From Callorhinchus milii (Eukaryota): a DNA stretch of 64,000 nucleotides. A program made the position numbers and the translations under genes. Below the pieces are notes generated by a model. It was not told the origin of the DNA and ran no database searches. It worked only from the letters and a program-made list of their open reading frames with translations. Positions 12,929-25,619 of the stretch are shown here, piece after piece. The stretch covers positions 95,792,001 through 95,856,000 of the forward strand of contig NW_024704742.1 of the NCBI RefSeq assembly GCF_018977255.1, in the 5' to 3' direction. How positions within the stretch are numbered: position 1 is the stretch's first letter; each line of letters starts with the position of its first letter.

Positions 12929-13710
12929 ATTTGTCTCTCTTGGGAGAGAGTGCAGTCAGGAACCTGGATGTCTTGTTTGACCCTGAACTGTCCTTTCTCC
13001 CTGACATCCGCGCCATGACCGGCACTACCTACCACCACCTCCGCAACATTGCTAGACTCCGCCACTGCCTCACCCCTCAGGCTGCCGAAACCCTCACCCA
13101 CGCATTCGTCACATCAAGGCTCGATTATGGGAACTCCTTCCTCATCGACTTTCCCAACTTTTCCCTTCACAAGCTGCTGATCATCCAAAACTCTGCAGCT
13201 CGTGTACTCTCACGCACCAGGCTCCGTGACCCCATCATCTCCACCCTCTCCCGACTCCACTGGCTCCCCATCCCCCAGAGGATCGAGTTCAAGATTCTCG
13301 TCCTCACCTTTAAGGCCATCCATGGCCTTGCCCCATCTACCTCTCTGACCTGCTGATTCCTTACTAACCTGCCCGCTCCCTCAATTCAGCGGGTTCTGGC
13401 CTGCTCCATGTCTCCCGCCCGACCCGTCCTACCATCGGTAGCCGGGCTTTCAGCCTCGCTGGCCCCACACTCTGGAAATCCATCCCACTGTCCCTTCACC
13501 TCGCTTCCTCCCTTGCCTCCTTCAAGGCCGGTCTCAAGACCCTTCTCTTCGTCTGTGCCTTTGGTCTCCCTCCCACCTCTCCGCCTTCCCTCACCACTAC
13601 ACCATCCATCCCCCATGCTCGGGCCCCAACACTTGACTGTTCAGCGCTTTGGTACATCCTCCTGACGTGAAAGGTGCTCTATAAATGTAATTTTGTTGTT
13701 GTTGCTGTTG
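12929..13710 (+). mobile_element. L2-clade LINE 3' fragment, same subfamily as 6421-7262 and 38384-39028
   Basis: HAFVTSRLDYGNS, LHWLPIPQRIEFKILVLTFKA; (GTT)n tail. Confidence 0.93.
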
Positions 13711-13938
13711 CAGAATGTGTAGGTGGCATATATGGGTGGAACTTTTAGTCTGATTTGGATATTCTTAAGCAGGTGGTCAGTTTCTGCGCGTGTCAGACAC
13801 CTGGCTAACCAAACGTTGAAACAGATCTGGAAGTGCTTCATTCAACTGCAGTGGGTCTCTCCTTGATCACATGATTCCTTTGAAGATTATGAAGTGGATT
13901 TTCTGATTAAATGTGGTCAAGGAGGGTCTTCCTTCCAG

Positions 13939-13994
13939 GCCAACAAGTCCCAATGAAGTCAAACGGAAAGGATGTTACAACAGGTCATTGAAAG
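13939..13994 (+). other. Candidate exon, 56 nt
   Basis: tcttccttccAG acceptor; strong AAG|GTAAGC donor; one open frame PTSPNEVKRKGCYNRSLK. Confidence 0.35.
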
Positions 13995-14109
13995 GTAAGC
14001 ATGTCAGTCCATTAACTTCAAGCCCTTAAGGACATGGTAGCTAAAGTAAACATGAATGTACCTTACTTTAAATGTTACTAATATTACACAACATGNTTTT
14101 TTTCTTCAG

Positions 14110-14139
14110 GAGAATTTGATTTAGAAGATTTCACCCGAG
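14110..14139 (+). other. Candidate micro-exon, 30 nt (GEFDLEDFTR if coding)
   Basis: TACTAAT branch-like motif, ttttttcttcAG acceptor, GAG|GTTTGT donor; phase-compatible with 13939-13994 across a 115-nt intron. Confidence 0.4.
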
Positions 14140-14766
14140 GTTTGTTAAAATCTGAATTACTTATGGGTCTATGTCGGCCTCTGATGTTGGAAGGGTTTTA
14201 AATTATAAATTCTCCCTGAAAGTAAACACAATAAAAGGTGCAATAAAATATTCATGGGCAATGTAGTGGAATTGTCTTCCACTGCCCGTAAAACAGCTAG
14301 AATGATTGAGCTGCGAATCCCAGTCCCGTATGTATTTAAATATTAATCTCTCGTATTTAATAAATGTTCAGAGTCACTCATGTTTATGATGGTACTTGCA
14401 TTGTGAATGCTTACCACAGGGAAACACACACACACACACACTTAAAGCTAGATGTGAGATTGCTGCAGTCTGTCTTTATTGTTTTGTGTCATTAACATTG
14501 ACAAGTGCTCCGTCCAAGGCTGCAAATGCACAAAACGAATTACCCGTCATGCTTCATCACAATAACTGGCATTGGTCACAGTTTTGTGGTATTATCTGTT
14601 AGTTTCTGATCAACACTGCAAGCAGCATTTGATAATCCCTTATCCTCTGTTAATAATCCCCTGTAAATCTGCATGTATTAAGTGGCACCCTATTTGCCAC
14701 AGAAATGTGAACATGCTGTAATTTACCACACTACAAAGTGTTGCTGCCAGGCAGGTTGGTTACTAT

Positions 14767-15993
14767 AATACAACAACAACAACAACAAGATTACATTTGT
14801 ATAGCGCCTTTCATGTCGAGAGGACATCTCAAGGCGCTGGACAGTGTACAGCATTTCAGACCCGAGCTGGGGTCAGTGGGGGAGAAGGGAGGGGAGGGGA
14901 AGGGGGATGGCTGATGGCATGGTCGAAGAGGAGGGTCTTGAGGCAGGACTTGAAGGAGGCTAAGGAGGGGGCGAGGCAGTGACTGGGGGATGGAATTCCA
15001 GAGGTTGGGGGCAGAGTGGCTGAAGGCTCTCCCGCCAATGGTGGGGCGGGTGGGTCGGGGGACGTGGAGCAGGCCAGAGCCAGCTGAGCGGAGGGAGCGG
15101 GTGGGTTGGTAGGGGGTTAGGAGGTCGCAGAGGTAGGGTGGGGCGAGGTCATGGAGGGCTTATGTAGGTGAGGACCAGGATCTTGAACTGGATCCTCTGA
15201 AGGATAGGGAGCGAATGGAGTCGGGCGAGAATGGGGGAGATGGGATCACGGAGTTTGGTGCGGGAGAGGACACGGGCTGCGGAGTTCTGGATTATCTGCA
15301 GCCCTGTGGAGGGAGGAGTTGGGAAAGATGACAAGCAGGACGTTTGCATAGTCAAGCCTGGAGGTGATGAAGGCATGAACAAGAGTTTCAGTGGCCTGAG
15401 GGGTGAGGTTGTGGCAAAATCGGGCGATGGTACGAAGGTGAGGGAAGGCAGAGTGGGTCATGGCTTGGATGTGGGGAAGAAAAGACAGTTGAGGGTCGAA
15501 CAAGACACCTGGGTTCCTGACTGGCTGGTGAGTTGAAGTGTGCAACCATGGAGGCTGATGCTGCCAGAGCCTGAGGTGCTGAGACGCTGGCGTGAGCCAA
15601 TCAGGAGGGCCTCAGTCTTTTTTACATTCAACTGTAGGAAGTTTACCCTCATCTAGAAATTGATGTCTAATAGGCAGTCTGTCAGGACAGCAGTGGTCCT
15701 GGAGTTGAGGGTGGAGGCAGAAAGATAGAGTTGGGTGTCATCCGCATACATATGGAAGTTGACCCCATGTTTGCGGATGATGTCACCAAGGGGAGCATGT
15801 AGATGTTAATGAGGAGAGGGCCAAGGACAGAGCCCTGGGGGATGCCAGACGTGACAGTGCGGGGGCTGGAGGAGAAACCGTTAGAGGCAACAAAGTGGAG
15901 ACGATGAGAGAGATAGGAATCGAATCAGGCAAGGGCAGGTCCGCGAAGATTAAGTAAAGAGGAGAGGTGGTGTATGAGGACGGAGTGGTCGAC
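14767..15993 (-). mobile_element. L2-clade LINE fragment (RT to 3' tail)
   Basis: [11 protein letters not shown] read from sequence at ~15725-15765; FLQLNVKKTEALLIG; HAFITSRLDYAN; (GTT)n tail. Confidence 0.93.
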
Positions 15994-16265
15994 AGAATCC
16001 TTCCAAGCATCAGTGGAAATTTTTTTATATATTGTTGCTATCGTTCACTAATTTTCATAAAATAATCTGACAGTTCTTTTCAACATTGTTCCTGCAGTAA
16101 TAATATTTTGTCACATGTTGCTTGGTGTGAGGTGAAATGCGTCCGTGCTCACTGATCAAACCAACTTAATTACTACAGGATTGAGATGGCCACCTGCTGG
16201 GTCTCTCTGAGACTCTACCCCATATGAGGGGCGCTATATAAATGCAAGTTGTCATTGTTGTTGCC

Positions 16266-16497
16266 ACAAATCTCCCGACTCCACTATAATCTCCCAAACT
16301 GCTACAATCTCCTAAATGCTCCACAATCTCCTGCTCTTCAAAAAATCTCCCAACTCCTCCCCTCCCACATTTCCCAACTCTCCCCTTCCACATCTCCCAA
16401 TTATCTCCCTCCCCAAATCTGTTGAGCACCCTCTCAATCTCCTGATCCACCACAATCTCCCGATTCCCTACCCAACACCACAGACAAAATCTCCTGT
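16266..16497. repeat. Degenerate C-rich minisatellite with recurring AATCTCC core
   Basis: AATCTCC(C) recurs about every 18-25 nt. Confidence 0.7.
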
Positions 16498-17729
16498 ACC
16501 GAGAATAACCTTTTTACTCTATTGGAACTCTGAGGCCAACAGCATTTATTAAGGCAGTCTAAGCTTTGAGAATTTAAAAAAGTAAACTTTTGCATCAGGG
16601 AATCGCTATAAAGAAAATAAAATGAACTATTCATAATTCTGTGCCAAATTAGTTTCCTAGATCAAGTATCAAAATAAGGGCTAGCACAATGATTTGTTAT
16701 TGATTTCAACCCAGTCTTCATCTGAGCTATAGGAGGGAGTAAAGATTAGGTGGAGATTCATGTGGGATATAAACACCTTCACAGAGTGCTTGGACCAATT
16801 AGTCTGTTTCCATGCTGTACAGCTGATGTAAATCTATGTAAATCTCTGTTTCCAGTGCATTGGGACATCTTCCTGATGTGAATGGTGCTATAGAAATGTA
16901 ATTTCTTGTTGTTGTTGCTGTTGGCCCTGAGTTTATCCACTGTGTTGGGATGATAGTTAGATGGACCATGGCTGATTGCCTCAAACATCCCATTACAGTT
17001 GATGTTAACGTTTTGGCTGTTGAAATACTGACTAATATGAGGCATACCAGTTTGTCTTCTGATCAAGTCAGATGGTTTTGAGGTAGGGATTCTCCCTCCA
17101 AGAAGAGAGGTTAATCACATAAAGGAAGCAAATTGAATGTATGAATCTAATTTTTAAAAATGATATTTTGGTGAGGAATAGATCAGTCACAGATTGAAGT
17201 GGCTGGAGATGAATGAGCCAGTGAGAACTATCATTTATAGATACATTTTATGTGGTCATCAGGATTTAGCCATTATTTATGGCTACAATGGGTGATGCTG
17301 AGTCTCAGGAGTGTGCGACGACTGTGATGTTGTTCCATTTATTCAACTTTGTTGCCAAGTTCTGTGAAGACATAAGTGTCACTTAACAGGGCCATTTCAG
17401 AAAATTTACGTTTTATATTTCAGTTGGGACATGAATTAAGCTGATTTTATGTTCTTTCTTTCTTGAGGCTAAGTTTTATGGTGAATGGAATGCTCAGGCC
17501 CATATAAATAACAACGAGTCCGCAAAATAATTGTCTAGCATGCCGGTTTGGCTCATAGCCTTACAGCCGAACATCAACATCTAGTTTTCACCATGACAAA
17601 TCTGGAATGTGGAGGAGTAATTACCATCCCACACAGTTTGAACAGATGATAGTCTGAACCCTCCTCAGTTCTCTGTGATGATATCACTTCATCCAAAAAA
17701 GCCACTTCTCGGCATCATTATCACAGCAA

Positions 17730-18160
17730 AAGGACATGCACTTGATATGGTACCGTTCACATTGAAACATCTCAAAGTATTTCACAGGTTTGCAGTACAG
17801 TGTAGTGACTGTGTATTTTGTGGATGAAACACAGAAACCAATTTGCACACAGCAATGTCCCACAAACAGCCATGAAGTGAGTGACCATTTTTTTTTCTGG
17901 GGGAAAGTGGGGTTGTTGGCCAGGAGAAACTTATTTTTTTTTGAAGAGTGCCCCTGGATATCTCACATCCAATTGACTAGGCAGATGGGACCTCAGGTTA
18001 ATGTCTCATCTCAAGGAAGGCACCTCTGACAATGTAGCATTCCCCCATCAATGCAGTGGAGTGTCAGCCTAATTCTGTGAGATCAAATTCCTGACTTATG
18101 TCTTGGACCTACAACCTTCTAACTCAGAGGCAAGAGTGCTACCAACTGAGGCATGCTGAA
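17730..18160 (-). mobile_element. Near full-length Deu-domain SINE (SacSINE1-like)
   Basis: Head CTCAGTTGGTAGCACTCTTGCCTCTGAGTTAGAAGGTTGT; Deu core GTGCCTTCCTTGAGATGAGACATTAACCTGAGG. Confidence 0.8.
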
Positions 18161-18859
18161 ACCTTACAGCTACACACCATGGTATGAGAAAGATGTTAAA
18201 CCTATGTTGGAATTCAGAAAAAAAACATCAGTAGGCAGTCCTGCAAAAGACATTGAGAAAACCTACCCTACTGCATCAGTGATAGCATGGTGTGAAATCA
18301 ATAACAAATTATTATCCTGGCCTTTATTTTGACATTTGATCGGAAAACTAATTTGGTACCAAAGCATAAATAATTCATTCTATTTGCCTTTAAGTAGTAT
18401 TCCAATGAAAAAGTTAAAATTCTAAAAGCTTATACTGTCCAATGTTCAACTGCCTTTCTATTATTCTCTGACCAAAGTCCCCTTCCGTCCATCTCTTTTC
18501 AACATTGCCCACTTCTATCATGATCTCACCCTTAATGCAACCTTCTCCTGGGCTCTTCCATCTGCAATCTCCAGATCATCCAGAACTATGCAGCCCAAAT
18601 TTTCTCCTGTACAAAGCTCTGTGAGTCCCTCCCTGTATGGATCCTTGCTAAGCTCCAATGATTCTCCAGCCTCAGCAAATCTCTGATCTGATTCATTTTT
18701 CCCATACCCTACACCTCACCATCAGTGAATGAGCTTTCAGCCACTTTACTCCTGGTACTCTGACTGTTTGACTGCTCCACAAATAGATCTGGCTTATTGG
18801 ATCCTGACAGTAAAATAGCAGAAACAGTGACTAAAACTAAAGCCACTTGAATAAAATGA

Positions 18860-19620
18860 TTTACAAGAACAAGGGGGGCAATCCCGAGATCCTACAGTAC
18901 AGGCCCAACCTCTTCAGAGTGTTGAAAGATGTGGGCAATCATTGCACAGAAATTAAAGGAGTCTTCAAGGAGTTTAGGGATGTGAAGGCTACAACATGGC
19001 AAGCACTTGACAATCTGAGAAGAGTGGTGAAGGATGTTGGTGCATCATGATAGGGAGACAAACAAGCCACCAAAATATTTTTAACACTGGATGTTGGATA
19101 GGAAGAATGTGGGGGGAGTCTTTTTTTGATCTCCTGCTGTTCACACTGTGTACAAAATTACTTGAAGAGAAATATTGTAATATCTTCCGATAGCACCAAG
19201 CCTTGCGGACAGTAACAAATATAAAGGAGATAATTGGCATTCAAAAAGATCTGCATCAATTCAGCAGATGTATTTTAATTTAGATAAATGTAAGGTCATG
19301 CATACTGGAGTAGTAAACATGTAGACACAAAGAAAGGGTGTCCATTAGTAAAGTAGAGAAAGGAAAAGGATGTGGGTGTGATTATTGATCATTTGCTGAA
19401 GCTTTCAATCAATGTTGTTATCAAAAATGCTAATCAAATACTAGGTTGCATCTTGAGAGCATTTGTCTGTAAGTCAAAAAAAGTCATTTTAACCTTTTGT
19501 AGATCACTGATGGGGTCATATTTGGAATATAATTTGCAGAGTATTGATGCTCTGGAGAGGATTCAGTGAAGAGCAACAAAATGATTCCAGGTGGATGACG
19601 CATGCTCGAGATCAACAAGT
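18860..19620 (+). mobile_element. Highly degenerate CR1 RT relic
   Basis: IYKNKGG...YRP, KCKVMH, KNANQILGCILR, DALERIQ motifs. Confidence 0.65.
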
Positions 19621-22082
19621 CTCATATGGAAAAAGAAACAAGAATAAACTTTTTCCACACAGAACATTAAAGCTGGGGAGCGCTTTGATAGTGTAGTGTA
19701 CAGAGCTATAGCCTTCAAACCAAGAGCTTGCTCGTTCAAATCCAGGTCTGTGCTGAGTCTGCTGGTCTCATGGGGAAATTAAGTTGACCCGGCCTTCTCG
19801 GGGTGAAGGAGGGGAAAACCAGCCAGGATCTTACAGCACCTTCAACTGATTATGTGAGTATGGCAGCTGGGTGGGAGGAGGTTAGGCTTGACTGTGATGC
19901 TCTTCATAGTTAAGCAGACCTCTAACAATCACTGCCAAGGCCCCCAATGGCCACTTGGTGGGGTACAGGAGGGCAGTCAGCACATGAGGAACCTGACTCC
20001 AGTAAGAGAACCAGATAAGGAGCAGAGTGATATTGTATATCAGTGGGGAAAACGTTATAAAAAAAAGTAAAACACTTTTTTTAAAAAAAGAAAAGAATAG
20101 TGAAAATGTGAAACAGGCTCCCAGCAAAAAGAATTGTGTTAAGTAACTCCCTCACCAATTAACTGGGTGAATATTTGGTTGGGAATGGGGTTGAAAGTCG
20201 TTGGGGAGTGGGTTAAATTGTGCTGTTGGAGCCTGAGGGAAGAGGGAAAGGATATTGAGGAGGGCAGCAGGTTGAGATAGATTAATGCAGACATGGGAAC
20301 GGATGCATATTTGGAGATTTTTCTTTATTTATACAAAACCGTTCTAAAAGATAATGTATTGGCGGAATGGAGATCATGGATTTTCAGAAGAGCTTTGGTT
20401 ACAAACCTAAGCAAGTCTGTGGTTCATGCAGAAATGCATTATCTTCACAATCTTTAAAATACTGCATGGTGAATTAATAAATGTGTGTTCTGATGGATAA
20501 TATGCTTGTCTCATTGCTAGTTTGTGTTCTTCAAAAGGGTTTCACATCTTGCAGTGGTGCATTTCATTTCAGTTATGGGCTATAATTGCATAAATAATTC
20601 ATGCAAAACTTTGTAACAGAGTATATAAATAATTTCCTTGTCATTATGTGTTCTTGCTTCTATGTGGATTATTAGGTATAATCCATTTCTGTTATGGTTT
20701 TCCTGTTATATTATGTGTTTTATTTTTATGATTGTAGCTGTGGGATGTTATTCTGGGTCTAAGGTGGTGGGGTTTGCCTGCTTACTGTCATTTTACCATG
20801 CTCTGTTTTTAATTCTCTCTCTTTCCTGCTCTGTTTCTTTCTATTCCGTTTTGCCTCTGGCTTACTTTTGTTCCCTTGAGTCTAAGGTTATAGTCTCAAC
20901 ACAATACTACCTGTGGTCCATTCCTATTCATTCTCTGTTCTCTCACATAGCTATGAGGGAAAACATGGAATTTAGTGTGGTTCTAGTGAGTAGACATGAT
21001 TTTTTCCATTTGGCTCATTGTCATTTTTTGGTCAGGAGGGTGTCTGAAACATGCAGAAACACATTACCATGCTTAAGACTATCCAAAACAGATTCAGATT
21101 TCCATATAAACATGTTACATGTTCATGGAAATTTCCTTTTGCCTGGAATGGAGTGTACCCTCTCCTGCTAGAGGTATGTTTACCTAATTCCAGCAACTTT
21201 TTAGCACAAACTGGCAAGAGCCACAATGCAGAGACCCCAGAATGTACGTTGGAAGACTGCTGGAGATAAACTGGCTAAAGCTATGTATCTTGCCATTGTG
21301 AACACTTTTCACTGCTTTTCTAGCACACTACTGTACTCAAGACTTTGGTTTGCAGAGTTACCAGGAGTCAAATGGAAAGCATACCTTTTCCCAGCAACTA
21401 GTCTGTTCCTTCAAGTCCTTCTGCCAAGCCACGCTGGCTGGTCTGTCATCAACGGTGTCTTGGAATACTTATTATCTGAAGTAGTTCAACCCACCTTATA
21501 CAGCAAAGTAGTTCTGAGAATATGGTACAGACTCATTTACAGTAGGAACAGAACAAGGATACATTTCTCAAAGTACTACATTAATGAACCTGCAGGTATT
21601 AAAACCAAATTGAATTGGACTTGTGCCATCAGGGAGTAAGTGGTTTTAAAAGTTGGAAAATAGAAGACTATTATTCTTTTGGGACTCACCCTTGTAATTG
21701 AGGTTTTTCAGTCCATAAGAAGGTAATTCATTACTACCATGTTAATTGCTGGTGGGAGATGGGGAGTGCCAGTAATATTGCTAAAATGTACTCTTACTAC
21801 TGGAATTACAATTTTACATTCAACCACAGTGGTGTTAACACCCATCTAAAAGGTCTCTCTATTGCACCCTCAGATAGAAGTAATGAATGGTCTAACGGTA
21901 TGATTAATCTAAAAATGGTGTTTTAAACAAATGATTTTGTTTCCGTACCTTAGCTGCCGGGTTGTGTTCTATTATTGATAACCACAAGAGAATTTATAGA
22001 CTATCTATGATCAAAACTGCTGCAAAGTAAATGTGGCACTTATGTTCTACATTTAATACTGTTTTTTTCTTTTATATTTCAG

Positions 22083-22105
22083 ACATATGAAGATGCCTGT
22101 GTAGG
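22083..22105 (+). other. Candidate micro-exon, 23 nt
   Basis: Long pyrimidine tract tttttttcttttatatttcAG and consensus donor GG|GTAAGT. Confidence 0.4.
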
Positions 22106-22719
22106 GTAAGTGGTATAATGCAGAAGAATTGATAACATGTGTATTTCAGTTCCACAGCTTTAAAATATCAGACAGTCATTCCCTCCTTGCAAAAAAATCT
22201 GGTCAATCAAATTAAAAATAATCATTTTTTATTTAAATAGCCTTTAGGATTGCAACTCTTTGATCAGTGGGAATGTAACCTTCTGAGGCTTGTGTATGCA
22301 TGAGCAGTGAAGCTAAATATAAATGCTATGGTGAAAATCTTCCCCATTGACTTAGAATTGGCAAGGAGTCATACCAGATCTCGGCATTCTGTTCTATTAA
22401 AGTGCCACCATCAGTATCCTCTTCCAAATATCCACAATAGAAAAATAATCATGATTAATGTTATATTTTATCTGTTTATTTCTTACTCTACATCCTGAGG
22501 AATTAACATGCTAGCATAGAGAGAGGATGAAATATGCAACATTTAACCATGTGGCCCTTGCCTTAATTATCACCTGGAATCAGTTATGAAAAGCAACACA
22601 TTTCACACAGTTCAATAATTAATGCACTCCCCTCTCATATGTTCATTTTCCATCGGAGTTCTGTCTCTGCATTGATTCCTGATGTCCCAGGTGCCATCTT
22701 CATTGTGTTGGTCACTAAA

Positions 22720-23072
22720 GCTCAGATAGACTTTTGTCCACTGCTCATTGCCTCCTACTTATTGTTGAACCTCCCAGCTACTTTACCTGTCTCCTTTGCT
22801 ATGCCAGCTTGGATCTTCTGCACATCCTTTGACCACTCCACTCCATTATTGGCAGCCCTGCCTTAAGCCACTATGCCCTGAATCTCTCAAACTGCCTGCC
22901 TCAATCCCTCTGCCTTGTCCCCCATTTGTCTGTCTTCAGACTTTCCTCTTTGACCTTATCCACGGTCACCTCCCATTTCTTGTCAGTTTGGCTTCAAACT
23001 ACACCTCTTTCAGCAATCCAAGGCAACATATCATGTGAATGGCCCTGTATAAATGCAAATTGTTGTTGTTGT
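22720..23072 (+). mobile_element. Degenerate L2 3' fragment
   Basis: Ends in TATAAATGCAAATTGTTGTTGTTG; pyrimidine-rich L2-like body. Confidence 0.65.
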
Positions 23073-23439
23073 TAAGCATTTTTCAAAAAAACAACTAATT
23101 TGCTATTAGTTCCATATCATTGCATTTTCTAAAAATGTTTTGCATTCGAAATGCCTTCTAAAAATCCAGGAAAATTGTCTCTATTGGCTAGCTTTACCCA
23201 TTAGGTTGGTTATATGAAATGTATGAAACTATATGAAATAATTCTACTTGATTTGTGGAGCAAGATGTATCGTTCCTGATGGATGTTGATTGCTCATTAT
23301 AGTGGCTGTGTTTTTAGTAGATTAGTATTACCAGCATCCTGTGTAATGCTCTGAAATACTTTCTCTATTACAAGTAGTAGGTTGTTGATCCATCAGGTTA
23401 ACATGTCACCTTAAAAAATCAACACATGATGTCTGGCAT

Positions 23440-24035
23440 TGGAGAGGGTTTACAGGAGGGCAACTGAATTGTCAGCCAAAATGAAGCATTTGAGGAACGA
23501 AAAAGTTAAAGGAAATGGGGAAAGCTTCCACTGGAGTAAAAGGCCCGAAGGAGTAATTTTGAAGTTTCAATATTCTAATTGGCATAGGTAACCTGAATTC
23601 AAATAATATGTGTGACATAACTACAAGGGGATACAGTCTCATACTCAGAGGAGGAAAGATTTGCTGGTAACTATCTTGCACAGAGAGTATTGAATATATG
23701 GAACATATTGTGCTGGAAGACATTGGAGTCAACTTATGTTATTAAAATCAAAAGTGAGTGGGATAGAGTTTTGGTGAAAGAAGCAATTGAGTGTTATGAG
23801 AGATAAAATGTCATGTGACTGGACAGATAAACCACTTAGTCTTCTCTGGTCACATACATTTATGCAATCCATGGACAGGAAAATGCTGCAGTTATTGATG
23901 ATATAAATATAAAAGAGTATTTGAAAAAGGCAGGAAAATGGGACTCAAGTGAGTCATCATGCCCGTGCCTTATCTCTTTCAGAGAGAAGGCACAGGCATG
24001 ATGGGCTGAATGGCTACCTTCTGTGCTATAAATTT
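23440..24035 (+). mobile_element. Degenerate CR1 3' fragments
   Basis: ACAAGGGGATACAGTCTC (RGH-like) region; ATGGGCTGAATGGCTACCTTCTGTGCTATA 3' end. Confidence 0.6.
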
Positions 24036-24329
24036 TCTTTTTTTTTAATGATTTCTGTTTTAAAAGGGTTCTATTACGTCTTGTCTGTTTCACACTGTGG
24101 ACTTGTTTTAGATGTGTTTATCAAGGTGACAAATAGCATTGCACAGAACTAGATTTATTTGCTCTGATAAATCATCTCCTACCATTATCCCAGCATCATG
24201 CCTCTGCATCAGTCAACAGTGAGCAGCTTCTAGTGAACTGGGATGATATTTCTATTTCACATATTCTTGACCTTTGTGGCTTCTTCCAGCAAAATCAGTG
24301 AATTCATGCTTACCAAATCCATGTTTCAG

Positions 24330-24487
24330 CACCACTTTAAGCTCCAAACCCATGTCCTCTGGGATCTGAATTGAGACACCATAAACTGGTTTCACTTATG
24401 GCTTTGATCACTATCTGCCATCAGAGAGGAGGCTCTCAGATAAGTTATTGAATCCTGGTCTCAGAGGTGAATACACAGTGTTCTAAT
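24330..24487 (-). mobile_element. LF-SINE-like tRNA-derived SINE relic
   Basis: Reverse complement TTCACCTCTGAGACCAGGATTCAA...TCTGATGGC...GTGAAACCAGTTT...TCTCAATTCAGATCCCAGAGGACA follows recalled LF-SINE block order; related to 54690-54830. Confidence 0.55.
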
Positions 24488-25619
24488 GCTCTAAGATTAT
24501 TGATTTTTTGCATAATGTGTTCTTTTTAATAAAGCAGTGAAAAAATGAAACATTAATGAAACAACATCTAAAGAGTTGGTAAATCAGGATATTCTGTGGG
24601 TGCAATCTTAAGCTTGGGTATTGAGTTTTTTTTAACACTTACACTACATTACAATTCAACAAATGAACTAGCTTTAGAATATTGAGTTACATCCTTTAAA
24701 TAAGCTAAATTTCATTAGCTAAGGAGCAGGATTTCTGTTAACCCTGCAGGCCAAAGCCCTAACAGGTAGGGTATGGTCTGTATAACCAGCGAGAAGGTTG
24801 CCAGACAATCTGTCAATTCTATCTCTGCAGTTTTAGATGGTTTAGATGGTTGAACAAGCCAATGTAGGTGGGATTAATAGCGCAAAACTGCCAACTCACC
24901 AATTCACGGTCCCAAAAGTGCAATAACAACACCAATAACATACTAAATCCATTGATACTCTTTGTAAACAATTGTATCATAAAATAATATTGCCTCATTC
25001 ATAACACAGTATCTTATTAGCATAGATGAGGTAACCGATAATTATTAAAATCTTCAACTATAAGTAAATGTGTTGAATTGGTGCTTGGCAAAGTGTCAGA
25101 ATTAAGTTGATCCTCTGTGGCGTTTTCGATAGTTCCTTCACCAGGTTGGTCCACAATACTCCAAGGCACTGTTGATGACAGACCAGCTAACTGGGCTCAT
25201 TGGCAGGATGTGGATGGACAGACTGGGAGCAGGGTTTCTGGTAACCCTGCAGGCCAAAGCCCTAACAGGTAGGTAATGGTCTGTATAACCAGCGAGATGG
25301 TTGCCAGACAATGCTGTCAATTCCAGCTCTGCAATTTTAGATGGTTAAACTCCAGCAGTACCTTATGCAACCTCTGGGATCCCCAAGCCTTGGCTCTTGC
25401 TAACTTGCACCCAATAGTCTCCAGAATTATGGAAGCAGGGTCCATTTCTCCAGAGAGAAAATACAAATTCCATTCCAGACACAGGGTAATTTCCAATTGT
25501 AGGTGGCAACATATGTTAAATTCTCAGTCTGATTCAGATACTCTTAAGCACAGGACAGGGACGAGTTTTCCCATGTGTCAAATACCCAACTGGCCAAAAA
25601 ATAAAAAGCTTGTCTAATT

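Noticed and set aside
14110..14139. CD99/XG-like FDLxD micro-exon
   Set aside because: Match is only a few residues; no signal-peptide exon or other CD99-family exons found
16266..16497. CRISPR-like repeat-spacer array
   Set aside because: Core only ~7 bp, spacers low-complexity and irregular, eukaryotic DNA, no cas genes
20638..21171. 177-aa + strand ORF with hydrophobic composition
   Set aside because: T-rich low-complexity sequence depletes stops and yields F/L/S/C; non-ATG start, no motifs, no convincing splice boundaries
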